Below are positions 57,596 through 64,000 of a stretch of DNA of 64,000 nucleotides, in pieces; positions within the stretch are counted from its first letter, which is position 1, and every line of letters begins with the position of its first letter. Origin of the DNA: a virus; IMG/VR virus record IMGVR_UViG_3300050166_000025, positions 1 through 64,000 of that record. One strand, written 5' to 3'. A program made the translations under genes and the position numbers. The notes under the pieces are model-generated. The model worked only from the letters and a program-made list of their open reading frames with translations, had not been told where the DNA came from and did no database searches.

Positions 57596-57605
57596 GTAAA
57601 TATAA
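57596..57605 (-). promoter_or_regulatory. Early promoter element TTATATTTAC
   Basis: Recurrent motif with upstream TTTGTC. Confidence 0.55.
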
Positions 57606-57628
57606 CTAATTTTGTTGACAAATAAAAA

Positions 57629-58912
57629 TTATCTGCCATATTTTATTATTCCCATCAGTTGATTAATGGCTGCAAACGTCCCAGTAAGCTTAAACAGCTT
57701 TCCTTTATATTGGAATACTAGGCCTTCAGATGGAACAATAGACTGGATTCCTCCAATTCTATCAAGTCTCTGTAGTTCTTTTTCAACCTTTGCTAACTGG
57801 CTTAGGTCTCCATTCTGTTTGATTTTATCTGCTTCAGTTTTAATCTGAGTGTGAAGTCTCTGCATCTCCTTATCAGGATTTGCCACTAAAAGATTTGAAA
57901 CGTTCTTTAAGACAACCGAACCCAACTCTAAGAAAATGTTCTCAAAAGGTTCGATGTTCTCTTTAAACTTCTTTTTAGCGTCCTCTTTATCGAAACGTTG
58001 AAACTCTTTGTATTCAGCGTCAGACATTTTCTTTGCCAGGTCTCTAATGTTAAGAGTCTTCTTATCATCAAAAGCCCATCTCTGAACTAAACCTGCCTTA
58101 TCGATTTCGTCTAGGTTCTTAAAGTCCTTGTCGATCAATTCTTTCCACCACATTGAATGGTATTTTGAAACCGGATCAGTGTCCTGTAAATGGTATCTGT
58201 TCTGTAAATCTGCTACTTTTTTCATGAAGTAGCCTTTCTTCTCTTCAAAATCGATTGCCTTGCCAATTTGTAATTCTTGAGGAGGAATAATCTGGAATAC
58301 AGATTGTATGTCTTTATTTACGCCTTTAATTGCGTTTGCAATTTGAGAAGCCAATTTAGAGTCTGCTCCAGTTTGATTTCCTTCACCGTCAGTATGAATC
58401 ATTCCATGGAATTGAATAACGTCTTTCTCATAGGAGATAACGTTTGCATTGCCTGAGTAGATTAGCTCCATGTTCATGAAAGATTTGCCTTCGTTGAATT
58501 CAGCCTGATCTTTCTTTGACAAGTGTTGCAGGGCTGATGTCAAGTCTTTTGCTGCGAAAGTAAATGTATCTTTAACTGCAGGCGATGGATGGTCTTGAAA
58601 CATCTGTGTAATTGTCGCTAAGTCAATAGGAGTTTTCATCTGCCCTTTGTTTCGTGCAAATAAGACTTGTCCGCCTTTCATTGTTACAAATAGATTTTGA
58701 CCATCTGTTTTTTCGGTTGGAGCCTCTTCAAAATTAAGACGACCTTGTAATGCAGCATCAACGATATGCTTGATTTCTCCAAATGTTAGAGTGTCATCGT
58801 CAAAGGGGTGCATCATGTGACCAGCTGCTCCACCTTCTAAAACTAGTGTTGGGAACTTATTGTTCCATTTTTCTAATAAGAAATCTTGAAATTTTAAAAG
58901 AGGTGTTTTCAT
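57629..58912 (-). CDS. RNA/DNA ligase-like nucleotidyltransferase (DUF6267-like) with capsid-targeting leader
   Basis: LKFQDFLLE leader; GGAAGHMMHP; TEKTDG (motif I), ARN, EGLVF (IV) and FKLTG (V). Confidence 0.65.
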   Translation of the reverse strand: MKTPLLKFQDFLLEKWNNKFPTLVLEGGAAGHMMHPFDDDTLTFGEIKHIVDAALQGRLNFEEAPTEKTDGQNLFVTMKGGQVLFARNKGQMKTPIDLATITQMFQDHPSPAVKDTFTFAAKDLTSALQHLSKKDQAEFNEGKSFMNMELIYSGNANVISYEKDVIQFHGMIHTDGEGNQTGADSKLASQIANAIKGVNKDIQSVFQIIPPQELQIGKAIDFEEKKGYFMKKVADLQNRYHLQDTDPVSKYHSMWWKELIDKDFKNLDEIDKAGLVQRWAFDDKKTLNIRDLAKKMSDAEYKEFQRFDKEDAKKKFKENIEPFENIFLELGSVVLKNVSNLLVANPDKEMQRLHTQIKTEADKIKQNGDLSQLAKVEKELQRLDRIGGIQSIVPSEGLVFQYKGKLFKLTGTFAAINQLMGIIKYGR

Positions 58913-58920
58913 ATTAATGT

Positions 58921-58946
58921 AAAAAGACCTGGAATTATCCAGGTCT
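58921..58946 (-). terminator. Intrinsic terminator
   Basis: AGACCTGGA/TCCAGGTCT stem plus T-run on the minus strand. Confidence 0.7.
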
Positions 58947-58966
58947 ATTATTTATCTTTATTTATA

Positions 58967-61585
58967 TTATCCTAAGCTTGAAGTTAGCATTCCAACTGCT
59001 TCTCCATAATTAGAGCCGGCAACTTTTAGAATACCATCTACTACTTCTTGAGCTTTAGCTTCATCGAAGTCTGCTTCAAAAGCTTGCTTTAAAACTTTGA
59101 ATGCGTATTCTTTAAATTGCTCATCAGAAGTAATATCCTCCTCGTTGATTTCAACTTCCACTTCTTCTGTTAAATTAGTATCTGAGATGCTAACTTTATA
59201 AGTTTTACCATTGAATTCAAATTCTTTTTTGCCTTCTTGCTTAGCTTTAGCTGCAGCGTATACAAAGGCATTGCCTTCAGAAACTACTAATTCTAAATCC
59301 TTGTCTTTATCTGCAATAGCATCATTTAATTCTGATTCTAATGAATTTTTCTTAGCAGTTAATTCTTTTAACTTAGCTAATAGTGGTGCTTTAGCATCTC
59401 CTTCGGCTTTCTTCCAAGAGTCAACTGTTGATTTCATCTCCGCTGTTACTTTAGTCCACTCGTTTTGAATTTTATTGATTGAACGAGCTTCATCGATAGA
59501 TTCTACCGATTCTTTAATTGATTTAAGATTCTTAACGATAGTGTCAACTGAATCATTATATTTACCATAAGCAACTCCAGATTTAACGGCCATATTAACT
59601 ACTTGACCATCATCATAAATGTTATATGAGCCTCCTGCAAATTCTTCTCCATCAACATCTAAATCAAATGAATCTTCTTCTAAAGTTCTCTGATTGACAG
59701 TACACTTGCAATTGTCTTTCTTTGAAATAGCTTTTGCATAAACTTCTGCTACTTTTTTAGTTTCAGCTTTAGAAAGACCCATAGGTTCTTTTTTACCCCA
59801 TAGAGACCAAACCGTATCGGCTTCATTTAAATCTTCACCTTCTTTAATTGCATGTTTTGCCTCCTCTTTATCCCACTTTGATTTTGGCATAGTGCCAACT
59901 CTTTCAATCTTTTCGTCGTCTAATAATTTATCTACGTTTTTATCTGCCCATGATTTAGCAGCCTTATAGTCTTTGAATGTGTCTATTAATTTTTTACCCT
60001 TTTCGAGCTCAACGTAAGCAACGTACTCTTCAGATTCATTAACTTCAACTGATTCAAATGCTTTGTCTTTTTTAGGGGCTGGAAGAATATCACCTACCTT
60101 TGGTAATTTATCGTATTGTTTTAGCCAATTTTCTTCGAGCATCACACCAAACATCATGCGAAATCTTTTATCATCAAGCTTTGATACGTCTGGGAAAGAT
60201 GAATGAATAACTTTATCAACGCTGACAACATAAATTTCATCAGCTTTTTTATCAATTGCGTAAGTTACTAGAGTCTTATCGAAATCTTTAGAACCAAACA
60301 TGCCTTCAAAAACTTCAACTGATTCTGGAATCATTCCTAATTTTTTAACAGCGATTGAAAATCTGTCTTCTAATTTTTCAAAAGCAGATTTAATAGCTTC
60401 TAATTCTTTAGTCCACTCTTTATTTCCTTTTGTAGCATGTAATAAATTACCAATTTGAACTTGTAATTTATTCATAAGGTCAGCTGTTTTGTCATGGATA
60501 TCGATGTCTTCATTTACTTCGATTGCTTCCTCTATTTTATCGCCTTTGATTCTACGATAAACAATGCCGTAAACATCTCCATTGCCAAAATCAACGTCAC
60601 ATTGATCGCTACTGCATTTTACTACTTTACCTTTCTTGTCATTCTTTACCATTGTTAGTTCATCACCAACTTTAGGTTTATTGGCTTCGTTCACTTCTAA
60701 AGATTCTGCTAAACCATATTTGTTAATAGTTTGCTTAACGAAGTTAGCTGCATCTTTTACAGAGTAATCCATGTCTTTTGCTAATTTCTTTAAGAAGTTT
60801 TCAATCATTTTCTCTTCATAAGAAAAACCCTCTGAGACTTCAACTGATTCTTTAACGGGCTTTAATTCTTTATCGTCGTATACATCAGCCATGTACCACT
60901 TACCATCTCTCTCATCGAATAAGTAAACGTATTCTGAATTAGATTCGTTACCAGCATCCTTTAAATATTTTGAGATAGATTTAACATCAGACTTCATTGT
61001 CATATCTCTGTCCTTCTCATCTCTATCTCTACCATAGAATAAAGTGATACCTCTATCAGGCTTATCAAAATCTTGTGGTTTATCTCCAATTTGTTTCTCT
61101 AAAGATGAAATACCGTACTTTCCTAAATCTAATAATTTATTAAGTGTTTTTGAATCTTTATAGTGCTTTAGTAAAGGAATTCTTGTGTTTGGGTTACCGT
61201 CCCAGTGAACATACACCGATGTGATTTTTCCGGCCTTGTCAATCTTACCAATTTGAGAACGAGTTGCTTCAGTAACTAAAGACTCGTTTGTAGACTGAAC
61301 TTTCTTGCCTTCTTCATCTTCGTGCTTTTTAGGCTCGCCCATTTTAACTTTAGCAGCTTCAATATCCTCAGCTCTATCTTCGTTAAAAATTTTAGCAACT
61401 AGGGCTGTTCTTTTCTCCTCGTCTAATTCATCAAACGAAGTAACTCCCTCTTCTTCAAGAGTTTGACCAATCTTAGCTAAAAGTTGCTCTCTTTTTGTCT
61501 TGTTTTCTTCGTGCATCTTAATCGAAGCCTGTTGGTTCTTAACCTCAGTAAAGCTCTTAAAAGATGAAATTCTTTGTACTGACAT
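58967..61585 (-). CDS. 872-aa putative capsid-internal polyprotein
   Basis: Eleven recurring E-S/A-V/L/I-E-V-x-E-like linkers separate unrelated small modules; own late promoter and terminator. Confidence 0.7.
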   Translation of the reverse strand: MSVQRISSFKSFTEVKNQQASIKMHEENKTKREQLLAKIGQTLEEEGVTSFDELDEEKRTALVAKIFNEDRAEDIEAAKVKMGEPKKHEDEEGKKVQSTNESLVTEATRSQIGKIDKAGKITSVYVHWDGNPNTRIPLLKHYKDSKTLNKLLDLGKYGISSLEKQIGDKPQDFDKPDRGITLFYGRDRDEKDRDMTMKSDVKSISKYLKDAGNESNSEYVYLFDERDGKWYMADVYDDKELKPVKESVEVSEGFSYEEKMIENFLKKLAKDMDYSVKDAANFVKQTINKYGLAESLEVNEANKPKVGDELTMVKNDKKGKVVKCSSDQCDVDFGNGDVYGIVYRRIKGDKIEEAIEVNEDIDIHDKTADLMNKLQVQIGNLLHATKGNKEWTKELEAIKSAFEKLEDRFSIAVKKLGMIPESVEVFEGMFGSKDFDKTLVTYAIDKKADEIYVVSVDKVIHSSFPDVSKLDDKRFRMMFGVMLEENWLKQYDKLPKVGDILPAPKKDKAFESVEVNESEEYVAYVELEKGKKLIDTFKDYKAAKSWADKNVDKLLDDEKIERVGTMPKSKWDKEEAKHAIKEGEDLNEADTVWSLWGKKEPMGLSKAETKKVAEVYAKAISKKDNCKCTVNQRTLEEDSFDLDVDGEEFAGGSYNIYDDGQVVNMAVKSGVAYGKYNDSVDTIVKNLKSIKESVESIDEARSINKIQNEWTKVTAEMKSTVDSWKKAEGDAKAPLLAKLKELTAKKNSLESELNDAIADKDKDLELVVSEGNAFVYAAAKAKQEGKKEFEFNGKTYKVSISDTNLTEEVEVEINEEDITSDEQFKEYAFKVLKQAFEADFDEAKAQEVVDGILKVAGSNYGEAVGMLTSSLG
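60042..60850. repeat. 14-bp direct repeat ACTTCAACTGATTC x3 encoding the ESVEV linker (60042-60055, 60312-60325, 60837-60850)
   Basis: Exact copies read from the sequence; degenerate copies near 60516 and 60693. Confidence 0.8.
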
Positions 61586-61631
61586 AGTGTTCTTTTTTGT
61601 TTTTAATATAAGTGTATTATAATCTTGTTTT

Positions 61632-61639
61632 TATATATC
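61632..61639 (-). promoter_or_regulatory. Late promoter GATATATA
   Basis: Recurrent motif before the polyprotein gene. Confidence 0.65.
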
Positions 61640-61643
61640 TAAC

Positions 61644-61986
61644 TTATTCACTTTCAAACGTAACTTTCTTTATTTCATAAGTGAATTGCTCTTGTTTGTA
61701 GATTTGCTGTCTCGCTATGCCATGTTTATATAGATAGTTTTCCCATTCTAGAGTGCATAGATTGTCAACAAAATCAACAATTAAGACATCGGTTTTTGAC
61801 TCATGCTGTCTTAGCCCTCTACCAATCGACTGTCTAATAATCACTTCTGATTTAAAAGACTCTGTGAAAAAGACACTGTGTATTTTTTTGATTGAGATTC
61901 CTGTTGAAAACGTTCCGTCAATATGAGGCAACGATAACAACCGCTGCCTCTTCCGCATTTATGTTTTTATGAGCTGTTGGCTTCAT
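61644..61986 (-). CDS. uvsW: UvsW helicase C-terminal fragment, interrupted by a 4-nt insertion (needs +1 recoding)
   Basis: ATG 61986 gives MKPTAHKNINAEEAAVVIVASY, then TGA C, then +1 frame GTFSTGISIK...RQSIGRGLR...VDFVD (motifs V and VI). Confidence 0.75.
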
Positions 61987-62002
61987 GTTCCTTTATCTTT
62001 TT

Positions 62003-62953
62003 TTATAGTTTATTAAATTTGTAACCTTCTGTGTTTATTGCGGCCTGACTTTTTTTACGGCTCGTAAGCTGTTGAGCTGGCAATCCTGTATTTGCAAATT
62101 GTCTTATCAGAGTTATATTGAAATTGAATTCATTGACTATTGCATGTAAACCTTCTCTATACAAAATATTGCCGTCTCTATCTATGATTTCGTATTTATC
62201 TCCTGGCTTTTTCTTTCTATTTCTCATTTTTTCAATGAATTCTGGATCTTGCCAATGCTTTTTTATTGTGCTTCCCGCCTTTTCTCTTTTAGCAGGATCT
62301 TTGTTGACATCATTCATTTTATTTTTAAATGAAATACGTTCTTCTTCACTCATATTTTCATATCTCTTGATGCCTCTTTCGCTAGCAACATTCGGATTAT
62401 TCTTAAAGTATTCTTTCATCTGTTCAGACTTTATTAATTTAAGTTCATCTGTCCAATTCTCTTTATTGATCTCGCATCTTTTTTCGTACTGTTCTTCGCT
62501 TAAATTGTCCCATCCCTTTTTTGATCTTCGGCCCTGTTCTTCGGATGACAATTTTTTCATAGATTCAGATCTTTTTTTACAAAAAGAATCATATTTTTCC
62601 TTGTCGTTTTTAAGTGTTTCCCATCCCTTCTTCGCTGCAGCCGAAACCAAATCAGAATCTTTATAAACTTTAGAGTTCATAAAATTAAGAGTGCGTTGAT
62701 ACGCCCTATTATTGTAAGCTTTAAATAAGATTTCATGAGCCTTAATGTGATCTTCATATTTCAACCTTATCATATTCCAACTTTCAGTAATGTATTCAGG
62801 ATACTTTGACCTTGGCAATATATGATGAACTTCCGAATATGATTCGTTATCGTATGTGTAATTTAATAAAAAATCAATGTATTCTTCTAAATGAAGAGGT
62901 GAATCTGGAAAACCTTCTGTTGATATAAAGATATTGTAAATTTCGTCTTTCAT
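62003..62953 (-). mobile_element. Free-standing HNH homing endonuclease (Mob-like) inserted in uvsW
   Basis: EVHHILPRS...NMIRL...HIKAH HNH motif; basic S..K..W repeats; own late promoter at 62958-62966. Confidence 0.85.
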
Positions 62954-62957
62954 ATAC

Positions 62958-62966
62958 TATATATTC
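62958..62966 (-). promoter_or_regulatory. Late promoter variant GAATATATA for the HNH gene
   Basis: Motif ends 4 nt upstream of the HNH ATG. Confidence 0.5.
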
Positions 62967-62989
62967 GTCAAACTTTACGATAATACCAG

Positions 62990-64000
62990 TTATAGTTCTT
63001 TTATTTTTTGAATGATCCATTCATCATCTATATCATCGTCTAGTGTAATATCCTTTGCAAACTTAAAGCTGCCGTCCGATAGTGGCACCTTTGCGTACTG
63101 TAGTACCTTTATTATTTTTTCGCCAAACTCGATGATAGTATGGTCGTCTTGAGAATTTTCCATTTTCTTCTTATGCTCTTCTCTAATGTCCTTATCGGTA
63201 CCGCCGTCAACGTAATATACTTTCTTATTGCTCTTCTCTCTAAGCGCCTCGTATAGTTTTCTACCGTGTTCGATTCGGTGAAAAAGTACCAGAGAATTCC
63301 TTGGTACTCTGGAAATGACTGAGACAATGAAATCAAGCCTTGCCTGATTATTGACCACATAGTTTTGCTCCAGTTGAAAGACGTCTTTATTTTCATAACG
63401 GTTTAATGCTAAATCTTGGAATGCTTGTTTTGTTGTTTCTGGGGCATAATTCATTTCAATCACTTTCACTTTGCATCCTGCAATATAGCCTTCTTTTTGC
63501 AAGAAAGCTGCTTTTACCTCTGTGATAACCGGTCCGGTTTGCGACATTAGGGTTAATTTGTCTAGGGTTCCTTCCTTTGGAATGGTTCCTGTCAAGCCAA
63601 ATTTATAGCTTGCATTTCTACACTTACCTAAGATTTCTTTAATAGATGCTGATTTCATCTTGTGACACTCGTCAATTATAACTGCGTCAAACTCGTCGAA
63701 GTAGGCTACGTCTTTCTTAACCAGAGACTGGTATGTACCTATTACTACGTTTGAGTTGGGCTTAATAGTTTGTCCTGAAAATATTTGTTGAATTTTGATT
63801 CTAACCCCGTTTCGCCAGTTAAAATCTTGAAAGTCCTCAGTCGCTTGTACAACCAGTGAAACGTTAGGCACAATGAAAAGAATCTTAGCTGCCTTTTGAT
63901 GCTCTAACATATAGGCAACCGTCATGAATGAAATCATTGTTTTACCAGCGGAAGTTGCTAGTTCCGATAAGGACCTTTTGAATTTTAGGATATTAAAGGC
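62990..64000 (-). CDS. uvsW: UvsW SF2 helicase N-terminal part (starts beyond the window) with a non-helicase C-terminal tail
   Basis: ATSAGKT (Walker A, near 63940-63960), IVPN, TYQS, DECH, GLTGT and YYVDG; homology stops at KKMEN. Confidence 0.9.
   Translation of the reverse strand, partial: AFNILKFKRSLSELATSAGKTMISFMTVAYMLEHQKAAKILFIVPNVSLVVQATEDFQDFNWRNGVRIKIQQIFSGQTIKPNSNVVIGTYQSLVKKDVAYFDEFDAVIIDECHKMKSASIKEILGKCRNASYKFGLTGTIPKEGTLDKLTLMSQTGPVITEVKAAFLQKEGYIAGCKVKVIEMNYAPETTKQAFQDLALNRYENKDVFQLEQNYVVNNQARLDFIVSVISRVPRNSLVLFHRIEHGRKLYEALREKSNKKVYYVDGGTDKDIREEHKKKMENSQDDHTIIEFGEKIIKVLQYAKVPLSDGSFKFAKDITLDDDIDDEWIIQKIKEL

Noticed and set aside
61918-61920. Stop-codon reassignment (TGA or TAG recoded genome-wide)
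   Set aside because: Genes are intact under the standard code, and simple readthrough of this TGA would not restore the helicase frame.
1005-62666. Numerous plus-strand ORFs in the track (e.g. 9284-9682, 25732-26169, 62118-62666)
   Set aside because: Antisense shadows of well-supported minus-strand genes, with Ser/Leu/Phe-rich composition and no motifs.
61918-63155. Functional split intein joining the UvsW halves
   Set aside because: No block A, no TxxH, and no C-terminal HN followed by C/S/T in the downstream leader.
61960-63160. Group I intron as the explanation for the uvsW interruption
   Set aside because: No P/Q/R/S core is recognisable, spacers flanking the HNH are only about 17-40 nt, and the downstream half has its own start codon.
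1-64000. CRISPR array, IS element or integrase
   Set aside because: No regularly spaced 23-50 bp repeats, transposase motifs or recombinase motifs were seen.

Overview
A 64-kb segment of a large T4-like (myovirus, probably jumbo) phage genome, AT-rich and almost entirely on the minus strand. The host is probably Bacteroidota, inferred from TAnnTTTG-like early promoters and the general lack of Shine-Dalgarno sites. Core modules are recognisable: tail (tape measure, tube, sheath), packaging and head (terminases, portal, protease-scaffold fusion, major capsid), late sigma gp55, and replication/recombination (gp41, gp44/62/45, gp46/47, UvsX, RNase H, a split family-B DNA polymerase, NrdAB). Accessory functions include an NAD-reconstitution pair (NARP1-like), a gp56 dCTPase plus alpha-glucosyltransferase pair and a late glycosyl/methyl/2OG-oxygenase cluster. 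The most unusual observations are: (1) a block of genes carrying T4-like capsid-targeting motifs, including an 872-aa apparent polyprotein of about 12 small modules joined by repeated ESVEVxE protease-site linkers; (2) a non-coding element after nrdA matching 23S rRNA helix 69 and its 3' flank in permuted order; (3) a uvsW helicase split by an HNH endonuclease, whose downstream half carries a 4-nt TGAC insertion needing recoding, paralleling T4 mobA/gene 60; (4) a tRNA-Ser(UGA) with a group I intron; (5) three promoter classes readable directly from the sequence. All calls come from motif recognition by eye; no database searches were run.
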